A DNA stretch of 64,000 nt from the NCBI GenBank assembly GCA_043228905.1, contig JBHGNT010000005.1, positions 21,018,001 through 21,082,000 on the forward strand, in the 5' to 3' direction. The notes beneath the pieces were generated by a model. The model worked only from the letters and a program-made list of their open reading frames with translations. It did no database searches and had not been told where the DNA came from. Below are positions 11,516 to 24,705 of the stretch, piece by piece (position 1 is the stretch's first letter; each line of letters begins with the position of its first letter). The translations under genes and the position numbers were made by a program. The stretch is from Azolla caroliniana (taxonomy: Eukaryota; Plantae; Polypodiophyta).

Positions 11516-14500
11516 CCTTAGAGGAGTATCGAGTTGTAGATGTTGTGCAAGATACAAGAGTTGTAGATGATAGGAGCAGTGGTTGTCTCTTCATTCACCT
11601 CACCCTTCTCTTCCTCTTCCTCTTCCTCCACTTCATATTCCTCTTCCTCTAATTCATATGATGCCCGCGTCGAGCTTCATATTCTTCTTCATGCAGTGTC
11701 TGTTTACATAGCTTCATAGTGCATACGCAAAGCGGGGGAAAGAGGGAAAAAAGAGGGGGAAACATATTATTTTTTCACTTTTATTTATTTATTTACAAAA
11801 CTATATAAATAGCTGGTTCAAATAATATGAATCGGCTAGATTTCTGGTTGGTACAAAAACTGGCCGGAATCGATTCTGGTTGTCCCCAACCTTAGCCGGC
11901 AAAAGTCCCAACCTAACCGGAACATTAACGTTGTTCCTAGGACTTTGCCCAACATTGGTCTGAATAGAGAAGAGGAGTCTTAGGAAGAGGCATCTTAGTG
12001 CACGAAGATGGTTCTTAGTACTGGGTTTGAGTGATGGGTAGTAAGAAGGCCTTTGGTTTTTAAGTTCATTGTGGAGTTTATCCTCTTTGTATTGACTTGA
12101 AGTGGAATATTATAACATTCTTATCTCTTTCTCATCTTCCCCACCTTTTATCTTAATTTCTTTATTTTTCCTCTCTCAATCGTAGTTACCTAGATCTATA
12201 TAATCTATTATAATTCATAACTCCATCTAATCGGTTTGATCAAGCCCTCATATTATATACAACTATCATCCGTCTTATACACCCTATCATTTTGGCGCTC
12301 CAGGGAGGGCCGATCGTTTCTGTATAGGAGGGAGTACTTATCCTTTATTTGTGTTACTATACTACATTAACTTAGGAATGCAATTCGCGTTTTCGGGATA
12401 AAGAACACAAGATGCTGGTGCCTTTTTGGCATCCTTTGAGGATCATGTTGTCTCTACTGGACACCCGATAATGAGAAGTTACCTTTGTTGGTAGCTACAT
12501 TCTATGGTTGAGCTTGAGATTGGTATGACTCTCTTCCACCAAACGAACAAGGAGAATATCAATTGTTGGTACACCAGTTTCGTTCTAGATACATTCCACG
12601 ACAAAGTGAAACAGAAGTAAGAGATGAGGTTTTTCGACTAAAGATGGAATCAACTTTTGGTTTCATACAGTATGAAAGAAATTTCAAGGATTTGTGGACG
12701 ATGTGGATTCGTCTTCGTGGTGGCATTGAAGACGAGGGGTTTAAGATGGAACGATTCAAGATGGGCCTTGACATGCATTTCCATTTGGAGGCAAGCTTGA
12801 AGGATCCAACAACTTTTCAAGCTCTTCTCCAAGTTTTTCAAGGTTATGATCGACAAGTGAAGATGATGAGTTCCATGGGGTACCCCAAAATGACGGATTT
12901 GGGTGCAAATTTGATGCCTCCTGCCAACTTTCAAGCCTCATCTTCAATTGTGCATAGTGGACAAGTGTTTCCAAATGTGTGTACCACCACAACAACAAAC
13001 CCAACAAGTATATCTCAAGAAGTGGAACAAGTGAAGAGTGAACAAGATACAATGGCATTGGTGAATCAATGCTTTGATGAAGTGATGGCCCACTTGCGAC
13101 AATCCCAAGAAATTCACAACACTATTCCCGATGGTGGTGGCTCTAGAGGGCATCAAGGTGTAATTTGTTATTCTTGTCAAGAGGAGGAACACATTTCAAC
13201 AAGATGTCCTCATCGACAACAAAGAGTCATGGGAAGAGGAATGTATCAAGTGCAACGGAATGGACAATGAGCTATCAACAATGGAGTCGAAGGAGGCGAA
13301 TCCATAACACTTCCTATGGTTCTGGTTTCTACAATTCCTCATGATGTGAATCTTCTTAATTTTATTGATGATAGTGATAATGCTTGTGAAGTAGCTCTTG
13401 TGAAAAGGACAAGAGCCTCGCAAAAGGAGAAAGAAGTTGATGGAGAATCTAGTGCCTCGACAGAAAAGAAGAAGTCTAAGGAGAATGAGGAAGAGGAGAA
13501 ATTAAGAAGGAGACACTCCAAAAGGAAGATAAAGATGGAGGATATTCCTATGGGAGAAGGTGTAGATGCTTTCAATTGGAAGCATGAATTGATATCGAGT
13601 GGACCAAGGATAACATGGCCACAACTTCTCCAATTATCTCCCACATTACGAAAGGAGTGGGGAAAGCTTGCAAGTATCCGCCAAAGTAGGAAGACCGTGC
13701 ATTATGTGGGGATCATGCGAGTAGAAGATCAAAAGGACATACGCCCAACTATCCCGGTCTCCATCAAAGGGTTTCACATCAAAGATGCCTTGGTTGATAG
13801 TGGTGGGTGCTAGGGTAAGCTTGATTTCTGAATTTGTGGTAAACAAAGTGGGAATTCCTATTAGTAGGTCATCTTCAGCAAGGGTGGTTGTAGCAGATGG
13901 TGGAGTGGTGAATTGCACATGCATAGTGGAGGATGTGGTCATCGAGTGTTTGAGAATAAGAGAAGAAGCTTGCAACAAATACCACATCAAAATCAAGGAA
14001 AGTATCCCAGTTTTCCCTAACTTTAGGCAATTGGGTGTTATACAAAAGTTCAAAACATTGTCGCAAGAAAATTTCAATTATAAGATGCAGGATTTGAAGT
14101 GTGTGTCACCTATGGTTTTAGTTCCCAAGAAGAATGAGATCAATTTCAAACCCTTGAATGATTCGATCAAACGAGATCAAATTTCACTTCCTTTCCGAGA
14201 TGAGATTGTAGATCAAATGGTCATTTATACAAAACAAGGTAGTGTGGACAATGTGTTATGCCAAGAAGATGTGGATGATTCAAAGATCAACGTAATTATA
14301 AAGATGATCATTCCAACAAGTCTTGAAGCTTTGAAGGTATTTGTGCAAAAGGTTCGCTTACTCGAAAGATTCATTCGTATGTTGACATGCTTACTTCTAT
14401 CAAGAGTTATGTATCCCATGGCCCTACTTGTGTATGGAGAGTTGACAAAGACATAATAATTGTAGTAAACTCTTTCTTTGTGTTGACAAGGAGAAAGATG

Positions 14501-15719
14501 GTGATGGCAATTGTCAATGTGCGTGCCTGTGTGTTTAGAAGTGTGAGGTTTTTCCTACCGATTAGCGGGGGTTTTACTGACATCTTTTTATTTTGTTTTT
14601 GATTATATCTCTCTCATTGTCTATAGCCAAGACATTGGCGAGAGAGCTTTCGTTTGTTAAATACTAGCATTAAGTGCTTCACCATAAATGGCTTAGCCTC
14701 TAGTAAGGAGGAGTCTTAGGAAGAGGTATCTTAGTGGAAGAAGATGGTTCTTAGTAGGGGGTTTGAGTGATGGGTAGTACAAAGGTCTTTGGTTTTTAAG
14801 TTCATTGTGGAGTTTATCCTCTTTGTATTGATTTGAAGTGGAATATTATAACATTCTTATCTCTTTCTCATCTTCCCTACCTTTTATCTTAATTTCTTCA
14901 GTTTTCCTCTCTAAATCGTAGTTACCGAGATCTATATAATCTATTATAATTCATAACTCCATCTAATCGGTTTGATCAAGCCTTCATATTGTACGACTAT
15001 CATCCGTCTTATACACCCTATCACATATGTTACGGTTGCGTATGAGGTCAATACCACGATTTCTATGTAAATGATATGCGATTTGTGTCATATGCGTAAG
15101 TGGTCAATACCTCAATTGTGTATTATGATTAACCCTTATTTTTGGATGTTTCCTGTGCGTAGAGGCTATACACCTCGATTATGTTGGCTATTTGATATTA
15201 CGATTATATTAATATATGCATATGTGGTCATGTGTATACGTCTTTGATCGTATATATGTGATAAATATACATATGTGTATATTAGTTATTATGTGATTTC
15301 TATATCGAATGTTTCCTTTTCGGGGAAAGGATCTTGGTGGCCGTCCTCACATTTTTGTGAGAATGGCGTAGTCACCATCCTTTTTTCAACAATTTTTTTG
15401 TTGACATCCCCGTTGGTCACTTCGATTTCATTACGTAATGAAACAATCATAGCCACAATGATGTTGAGAACGTAGGGCTTGACCCACTTCATGTGAGGTC
15501 ACTCCTATGACACACGTATCCAACATCCATCCCTCATTACACGTTGTACATTGAACTGCCTGTAGGAACTAAAGTTCCTCCTCTTTGTGAAATGCACGTT
15601 GTAGGGCTCCCATTGCCATATAATTACCGTTCTAGGCCCTATCCATAACGAGCACCTTGTCAATGACCTCGTCGACAGTACTCGTCCGGAAGTCTAACAG
15701 TGCTAACATAGTCCGGAGT

Positions 15720-18700
15720 TGTTACGAGCATGACCATATAATATCCCGTGGTGAGAATTTACCGTAGTATTCTATACACATGGATAAGTGTGAGGGTTCA
15801 ACGAGACTGTAAAGAAGGGGAGGATTACTTTTAATTCTTGGGCTTGAGACAACCCATTAGGCCAAGTGTGAACTTGCCTGGGGGCCTTGGGTCTCACTAT
15901 AAATATGAGGCCTAGCTACCCTCATTTCATCATCTCTTGACTACGTCGAGACTTTGTTTCGTGGTGGTTCAACTCTTATAGCAAGCACGCCAACACGAGG
16001 TACAACTCGACGCCACGAAGGTGGTATGGGATGCCGATCGAGGCTCGAGTGTGTCGATCCCTTCGCTCAAGGGTGGTCGGGTGGATCGTCACCTTCTTTC
16101 TCTCTCTCCTTTCTTATTTCTTATATCTTTTATCCTTATCATATGCTTACGTTAAATCATAACACTAACAGTTGGTATTAGAGCTCATGTTTCTAATGTT
16201 TCTTTTGTTGGTTTTTGTTTTCTTCTTGATTAATGGTGATTGATCGATATGTGGTCAACCTTCATCCAGATAACAATCAACAAAGGAACTTCGGTAACTT
16301 TTCCTTTTTCTTTTTTCTTATTCTTTCTTCTCCTAATCTAATCATGTATAGTTAATATGTGTTGTTTTTCATTGATTCAATGATGTTGTAGTGGTAATTA
16401 ATTGGTCGTATAAAACGTTTACATATGTGTATGAGGTCAATACCTCATTTGACATATATTTGATATGTGATTTGTGTCGTATGCGTACGAGGTCAATACC
16501 TCAATTGCAAATTATGTTCACATACATATGTTACAGTTGCGTATGAGGTCAAAACCGCGATTTCTATGTAAATGATATGTGATTTGTGTCATATGCGTAA
16601 GAGGTCAATACGTGAATTCCATATTATGATTAACCCTGATTTCTGGATGTTTCGTGTGCGTAGAGGCTATACACCTTGATTACGTGTCCTGATTTTATCA
16701 TATTTTGGCTATTTGATATTACAATTATTTTAATATATGCATATGTGGTCACATGTATAGGTATTTGATCGTATCTATGTCATAAATATACATATGTGTA
16801 TATTAGTTATTACGTGATTTCTATATCGAATGTTTCCTTTTTGGGGAAAGGATCTTGGTGGCCATCCTCACATTTTTGTGAGAATGGCGTAGTCACCATC
16901 CTTTTTTCAACAATTGTTTTGTTGACATCCCCGTTGGTCACATCGATTTCACTACGTAACGAAAAGATCATAGCCACAATGATGTTGAGAACGTAGCACT
17001 TGACCCACTTCGTGTGAGGTCACTCCTATGACACACATATTCAACATCCATGCCTCATTACATGGATACGATGCCACCATGAGATCATTCTTTATGAAAG
17101 GCATTCGTAATGATGTCACCATGTGATGGGTCACGTGGGCCTACTAAGGAAAGAGGGCTCATTTGGCTTGACCATTAGGTTGCAATTTGGCGTCTAACAT
17201 CGTAAGTATGAGACTTGAGGGTAGGTAACATACCAACATAGTTTGTAGTAAACGAGAGGGAAATAAGGACTCTTGACATATATGTTTCTTTTAAAAAAAC
17301 ATATATGGGCAAATGCCTTGCATATCTTTTTATACGCGTAAAACGTTAAACATTTAACATGAGCAACCTATTTGGTTAGCTCAAGTGTTTAATGCATTTT
17401 TATCGAGGTCTCGAGTTCAAATATGACCAAGACCATACAACATTGTTGATACATATGGCTATAATACATGTTTAGACTTTAGGTCTAGGTTCACTTCAGG
17501 GTCCTCGTAATAGGACTTAAAGAGCCGAAAGCACATCTGTGGGCACAGAAACATAGTGTATAAACTATTCATGACGGGAACATACATGGTTGAGCCTAAG
17601 GGAGCTGCCATGAAAAAAATTCGATATAGAGATCAAGGAAAGACATTCATTAGTCACCCCCATGGTTTTTAAAACACCTTTGTGTTACCATAGTAACCTG
17701 ATCTTCAACCTCATCTCATACGTTTAGAGGGGTATTGACATGAGATCACGATATCGATTAATGTTGGCCCATGATATGTTTACATCACGACTTGATGTTA
17801 TGACTATTTGTCTGACCTTATCATATTTCTTTGCCAGACATTATCATTCAATGGCTCATAATAACGACCTGATGTCATCCGCTCAAGCGGAAGGAGCTCA
17901 AGGAAATCCTCCTGGACCAATCTCCATTGGGTCGTATTTCTTACAAATACAAAATTCCTTAGTTCAACCGCTCATCAGACGTCTGAACTTCAGCAATTAC
18001 AAAGTGCTCTTGAGGCACATGTCATTAGTTTACAACGTGAGACTAATAGACCCGATGAGCGTCAGGGTGAACCATCATTTCTAGTAAAGCCATTTACGGG
18101 AGAAAAAAAGGACAGAACCGAAGAAGCAATCTACACGTGGCTGGGCCGATGGGAGTCTCATTTTGAGCTCTATCCCATGCTAGATAATATGAAGATTGCA
18201 TATGTCGACTAAGAACTAGGGGTTAAGGCTACCGCCTGGTGGCGTGGGCTGCAAACTTTGGGGAAATTGCTCGATACCTGGACAGATTTTGTCACAGTTT
18301 TTAAGGGCCAATTTCTGCAACCTCCCTCTCGAACCGAGGCAGCACAAGCTTTAATGAACGTCTCTTGTAGGAAGTTTTCCTCGCTAGAAGACTATGTTCA
18401 CCATGTTAGAACCCAAATAAAAAAATTGGGTCTAGTAAGGGACAATTGGTCAATAGCTTGTTTTGTTAATGGCATCCCCAATTCGGACTATTATTGGATA
18501 GTGCACAATAAGAATCCAAAATCCTTCAAAGAGGCCGTTGAAATAGTTCTTCACTATCAACGCACTTCAAAGAAGCACCATAACAAACCAAACGAAGCAC
18601 CTGGGACTAAGCAGTCGCTAGGAAACGCAAGACACCCAACAAATTCATGGATCGCGATTGTAAGCGACATCCTTTTTGTGTATTCTGCAAAAGGAAGGGT

Positions 18701-21700
18701 CATACAAAAGAGCAATGTCGAAAGCTCCAACGGAAAGAGCATGACAACAAAGCAAAAGTTGCAGACCATAAAGGTCAAATTCCTAGTGTCCTTGAGATCA
18801 AAACGGGTATATCAATGGATCTCTTGTACAATTTTTATTTGATTCGGGAAACTCACACAATTTTGTGAATGATCGTTTGGTTCAAATATGGGGAATCAAA
18901 CCCACCGTAAGTGATCACACCTAGAAGGTGCACTTGGCTGATGGAAGAGTACAATACGTCAACGGGACGATTTATTCATTTGGAATTTCTATTGATACTT
19001 ATATAGAGGATGTAGACTTCCATGGAATGAATCTTTGTATCATTGATGTAATATTGGGTTATCCCTGGTTTTTATTAAAAACTCTTCATTATCTATTGAT
19101 TGGGTTCATCATTCAATTACTTTTGTACTGAACGATTCTACTCATTTTATTTAATGTGTTAAAAAACAATCTCTTTCGATTGTTTCCTCTCTATCAATAT
19201 CTGAGTTATCTTGTTCTACTTTATTTTATTGTGTACTTGATCCGAATATTCACATTTACAATATCGATAATGTTTCGGTTGAATTATCATATTTTGAACA
19301 ACAACAACTCGATGAAATCTTAAATGATTTTCGTGATATTTTTCTAAGTGAACTACCAGATGGGTTACCTCCTAAACGTAATATAGACCATCGTATAGAT
19401 ATTGTGCCTAGCGTTGCACCAATAAGTAAATCTCCATAGGGTGCACCTGTTCTCTTGGTAAAAAAGAAAGAGGGCACATGGCGTATGTGTATTAATTACC
19501 GACGCCTGAATAAAGTGACGATCAAGAATTCATATCCGCTTCCACGGGTTGATGATCTAATTGACTGTTGTTGTGCCTTTCGGCGCCGGATCGTTGCATG
19601 AGTAGGGTGGGAACCGCCGGGGTTGTGGACTAGGAGGAAGAATTTGAGGCTAATCTAGTTATGAATATTAATAGATTATAAGAATGAGATATAGAAACTT
19701 GTGAATCCCACAAGTATAGTTGTTTTAGTTTATCTTAATCGTAGTAATAAATTGAAATAGTTTAGAATAGATTATAGTAGATTGAGAAAAGAGATCAAAA
19801 CTTGTGAATCCCACAATATAGTTTATTAATTGGTGTTTTTTAGAAATATATCGAATTTCCAAATATTCCACACCTATTACATTGTGCTCCCCATCCTTAT
19901 ATAGTGATGAGAGAGTCTTAACAATCCATGCTTTTTCTCTATGCCCTCCATGCTTTTTCTATTAATAGACTATATGCTTTATCTACGTGCTTTTTCTAAC
20001 CTCATGCGTTTTTATCGACTATAGTGTTCATGCACACTAGATGTGCATGTGTAGCTTTTTTTCTATCATGCGTTTTTCTTCTAACTAAAGCTTTTTCCTA
20101 GAAAATATGCATGAAAAAACAATTCTATGTGGGATATATACTTTCTTACCACTCATAATGTGTTACTGTAGTGGTAGAGCTACAAATTATTAACATGGAG
20201 GTACAAGGTTTGAATCTTGCTCTATGCATGTAATATATATTTTGATATTTGCGTCGTTTTCTTCATATTTTTTAAATTGGGTACTTTATACGTTTTTCAC
20301 GTAGTGTACAAAATACACTACAGCACTGTCTCCAGGGAGCTCGGTATTTTACGAAACTTGATCTCCGTACGGGCTACCATCAAATTCGTATTAGTGAGGA
20401 CGATGTTCCTAAAACGGCATTTCGTACGCGCTATGGCCATTATGAGTTTTTGGTTATGCCTTTTGGTTTGACCAATGGTCCGGCCATATTTTAAAGAGAA
20501 ATGAATGACATTTTCCAAGAACAACCTGGAAAATTTGTCATTATTTTCTTGGATGATATTCTACTTTATAGTCGTACATTAGAAGAACATGTTAAACATG
20601 TCCTCTTTGTTTTACAAATATTGCGCGACTAACAATTCTACGCGAAGATCTCAAAATGTGAGTTCTTCAAGAAATCAATTACTTATCTTGGATATCTCAT
20701 AACCGAATGAAGAGTTGAAATGGATTCTTCTCGCATCCAGAAAATCAAGCTTTGGCCCACTCTTCGGAATATTCGAGAAGTTCGATCATTCCTTGGTTTT
20801 GTCGTGTTTTTGCGAAACTCCCTTCGTAATTACTCCCAATTGACGATGCCGTTTACTGATCTTCTAAAAGGTCAAACACGTAAGTCTACAAAACTTATTG
20901 TGTGGAATGCTACACTAGACCTCGCCTTTAAGGAACTCAAGGACCTTGTGTGCAAGGCTCATTCGCTTCTTTTACCCAATCCTTCAAAACCTTTTGAAGT
21001 TCAAACTGATGCAAGAGATTATGCTATAGGTGTTGTCTTATATCAAGATGGTAAACCAATAGTATTCGAGACTAAGAAACTTGATTCTGCTCTATGTCCG
21101 TATATGGTTCAAGAAAAGGAATTATATGCAGTTATACATGTGCTCAAAACATGGCGCCATTATCTTTATGGAAATCATTTTGTGGTAACTACATACCACA
21201 AGTACTTGAAATATTTTTGTGACCAACAAGACCTGAAAGGTCATAAGGCACGATATCGTAAAGGCTCCATGAACACTGTTGCTTATGCACTAAGTCGCAT
21301 CCGTGAAGTTAACATGCATAGCTTCACTGAATTAACATCAGATCTTTATGATCACCTTTGAGGAAAGTATCCTAATGACAGTTATTTTGCGAAATACTGG
21401 GCAAGAGTTGAGTCGGGAACAGATACCACCACATCCTCGAAGGAATCCTTCCACATTGCTAATGGTCTGCTCTACCGTAATGGGAAAGTTTGTGTTCCAG
21501 ATTTGCTTGAGGGCAAAAAGAGAATTCTTTTTTAATGCCATGATGCACCCTCAATAGGGCGCCTTAGAATACATCGTACACTCGTTCTCATCTCCACTCA
21601 ATTCTATTGGCCTAAGATGCGTTGTGACATACATAGCTACGTGACTAAATATCACCAATGTCAGGTTAACAAAGTTGAGCGATTTAAAGCCACAAGACTT

Positions 21701-23228
21701 TTACATCCCTTGGACATTCCCAATAATAAGTGGGAAAGTATATCCATGGATTTTATTGTTAGCCTTCCTCGCACCCAAAAAGGTCATCATGCCATCTGGG
21801 TTGTGGTTGATAAACTAACTAAAATGGCCAAATTTATTGCTACTAAAACCATGGTAACAGCTCCTAAATTGGCTTACCAATTCAATGACGAGTTATTTTG
21901 TTTTTATGGGTTACCGATGGATATCATGAGTGATCGAGATCCAAACTTTACTAGTGACTTCTGGACGCAAGTCTTTAAGAAGTTAGAAACTACGTTGAGC
22001 ATGAGCTCCACGGATCATCCTCAATCCGATGAACAAACAGAACGAGTAAATCAAATTATTATGGACATGCTTTGAGCATACGTTGGTGCAAAACCAACAA
22101 AATGGGAACGTTGTCTCCCCAATTTGGAGTTTGCTTATAACAGCTCCAAACATACGTTGACGAGATATAGTCCTTTTATGTTGATATGTGGTTTTTAGCC
22201 ACGAGCCCCGATTGATGTTAATATACATCATGATAAGTTGCTAAGTACGCAAAACTTTCTTCGAGATATGCAAGATATGTCGCATATTGCACAAGATAAT
22301 ATAAAAACAGCTCAAGATAGAGCATATTTTTACGTCAATCATAATAGGCAACCTCCTGTATTCAACCCTCGACAGAAGGTATTTTTACGTGTACCTCACA
22401 ATTCTAAGACATTGTCTACGGGTAAGTGCGCTAAGTTAGCCCCACGGTTTTGTGGACCTTTTCAAGTCCTGAAACGCATTAGTTCATCAGCCTATCGTCT
22501 CGCTCTTCCTGATTGTGTTGAAATTCATCCAATCTTTCATGTAAAGAACTTCTAGGTTCTGGCGACAATACAATTACAACTGAAACTCTGGCTACTTCTG
22601 AATAATTATCTTCTAAACCACATGTACCAGAAAGAATTCTCGATTTTAAAACAAAAAATTTGCGTACTAAAATAATCCGAGAATATAAAATTAAATGGAT
22701 GGATAAATCTATCAAAGATGCCACATGGGAACGTGAAAATACACTTAGAACTAACTTTCCATTGCAAGAGTGCAATGATTTAAAGAGGAGGACTATGACC
22801 ATATAATATCCCTTGACCGTAGTATTCTATACATGTGGATAAGTGTGAGGGTTAAACGAGAGTGTAAAGAAGGGGAGGATTACTTTTAATCCTCTGAATA
22901 GAGACAATCCATTAGGCCAAGTGTGCACTTGCCTAGGGGCCTTGGGTATCGCTATAAATATGGCCTAGCAACCCTCATTTCATCATCTCTTGACTACGTC
23001 GAGGCTTTGTTTCGTGGTGGGTCAACTCTAGTAGCGAGCACGCAAGTACCAGGTATGACTCGATGCCACGGCGGTGGTATGGGACACTAATCAAGGCTCA
23101 TGTCCGTCTCGATCCCTTCGCTTGGGGGTGGTCAGGTGGATCGACACCCTTCTTTCTCTCTCTCTCCTTTCTTATTTCTTATATCTTTTATCCTTATCAT
23201 ATCCTTACGTTAGATCATAACTCTAACA
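15720..23228 (+). mobile_element. G1 copy 3: full-length decayed chromovirus (5' LTR 15720-16170, 3' LTR ~22795-23228; gag-PR-RT-RH-IN-chromodomain)
   Basis: Met-type PBS TGGTATTAGAGC; PPT AAAGAGGAGGA at ~22782. Integrase WESISMDFIV...SDRDP...HPQSD. Chromodomain-like ERILDFK...YKIKW...ATWE at ~22630-22760. TSD GGAGT, with one extra G on the right side. Confidence 0.93.
19569..20325 (-). mobile_element. Solo LTR of G3 (757 bp) in the G1 RT, with 4-bp TSD CTGT
   Basis: Homologous to 7376-8138 and 4847-5243. TG..CA ends. CTGT at 19565-19568 and 20326-20329. Host RT resumes seamlessly. Confidence 0.88.
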
Positions 23229-24705
23229 GGGAGTGGCTCTCGAAGTGCTATAGAAATACTGCCTTAGCTTCATCCTCTGTGCACTGTCTGGAATCGGATG
23301 ATAAGTTGTGGTACGCTTTCATTTGCTTCTTTGCACATAGTATAGAACCATCCAACTAGCTCTCTCTACGCAACTTGTTGATGAAACAACTACAAGAACT
23401 TATCCTATAAGGCCTAAAATGTAGCGCGAAGGTCCCCGGGAGATGTTTGGCATGGCAACGCGCCGCCGGTCCTTCCAGTGATATCCCGAATTCTGCTATT
23501 TTTTATCGTTCGGCTTCTACTTCCGTTAGCCGGTGTTAGACATGGTTGGCCTCCATGTCTGTAAAAGGCATAGACGTGTGCCTCTGCGTCCGGTTTGTCA
23601 TGTTACTTGGGGTATGGGTACGGCATGTTATCTTCTTCTTCGGCTCATTCCGGTTTTAGTATGGGTTCGTGTACTAGTGTTGTTGGCACACAATTGTCTT
23701 CCTCCTCCGGTTTTTGTTTCCGAACCACTTGTTCTAGCCGCACTAGATCAATTTCCTGAGCCAGTGGTGTTGGAACCGGAATTTCTTGTTCCACCGGTGT
23801 TGATAACGGAGTTTTCAACTCCGGTGTGTGCTCGGATCCATGTTCCTCCGGCTCGTTCGAGTAGACGTTCTGCTCATCACTGTCCGTTCCCGACTCAAGT
23901 GCCGAAAAAGCCTCTGAATCTCTAGTGCCTTTTGCTAAAGTCTGCAATATCGATTCGGCGTCGACCAGACTGGTAAGGCTGCTTCCCTTGTGTGAATGTC
24001 GTTGATTTTGAATCCGGACCGTTTCCTCCTCGACCAACCGGAGCACTCTAGGAAAAGATCGATCCTGGTAGATCTTTTCTACCGCCTACTGGTAAGCTTC
24101 CTACCTCTATAGTCAATCAGTTAATCTTCTCGCTCGCTCGGTCATTGGGTCGTTCGTTTGTCTAGACATCCATTCCCCGTTGTTCACTGCTCTATGCAGG
24201 AATTGTGGTCGCCAAAACTGTGTTTATCCTAGTCCGGACTAGCCACAACACAAGGTGTTCTTCTGGAACACGTTTCTAATGGGGTGGTCGGAGATATGGA
24301 TAATTATTCGGATCTTATTCACTTAACAGTGTCTGGTTACTTTTCAGAATGCCTTTCGAAATCACATAGCTATCCGGATTTTAATTACACACATACGATT
24401 ATGAATGATGGCACAAACGACAAGTACACAAGATAGACAATAAGATTTAACAACAACAATGCTTAATACTTGTATTACTTCCAGGAATTACACATAAATC
24501 CAGATCCTTTTATAGGCATCCGGTAAGAGTTACAAAACGGTGCCTTTCTAACTACCGGATCTTGATCGGTACAACTATCCGGATCCGTCATTTCCTTAAC
24601 TATATTAATAATAATCCTCCGGCCTTAACTCTTCCCTGTTCACACTTCCTCTTCCGAATCATACTCATAGGCCAACATGTACTGAATGTAAGAATATCTC
24701 TATAT

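Larger units (their letters stand above)
8918..11957. mobile_element. Non-autonomous hAT DNA transposon (3040 bp) carrying gene fragments
   Basis: 16-bp TIRs CAGTGTTGGGCAAAGT and ACTTTGCCCAACATTG (1 mismatch). 8-bp TSD GTCCGAAT/GTCTGAAT at 8910-8917 and 11958-11965. CCGG-like subterminal motifs. No transposase ORF. Confidence 0.88.
8506..15023 (+). mobile_element. Non-autonomous Gypsy (Tat/Athila-like) element G4 with TSD CATAT; 5' LTR 8506-12289 (contains a hAT insertion), 3' LTR remnant ~14708-15023
   Basis: TG...CA ends. CATAT at 8501-8505 and 15024-15028. Repeat ~11972-12289 = ~14708-15023. PBS TGGCGCTCCAGGGAGGG at 12293. Gag with CYSCQEEEHISTRC, protease ALVDSG, RT scraps. Confidence 0.85.
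8135..15543 (+). mobile_element. G1 copy 2: last 23 bp of LTR, PBS and 5' leader only; split by the G4 insertion
   Basis: TACGTTAGATCATAACTCTAACA then GTTGGTATTAGAGC. 8158-8505 plus 15029-15543 is colinear with the leader at 16171-17063. Confidence 0.88.
15544..24677 (-). mobile_element. Truncated Gypsy element G2: 5' LTR 24219-24677, PBS 24205-24214, decayed gag to 15544; split by G1 copy 3
   Basis: Minus-strand TGTTGG...AAACACA followed by GTTT-TGGCGACCAC. Gag-like sequence reads across the G1 insertion (LREP|LRTMLALLDF...VQCT). No 3' part in the window. Confidence 0.75.

Noticed and set aside
15545-15549. TGTAC as a TSD matching 24678-24682 for G2
   Set aside because: It lies within gag coding sequence (CAA TGT ACA) and there is no 3' LTR, so it is probably coincidence.
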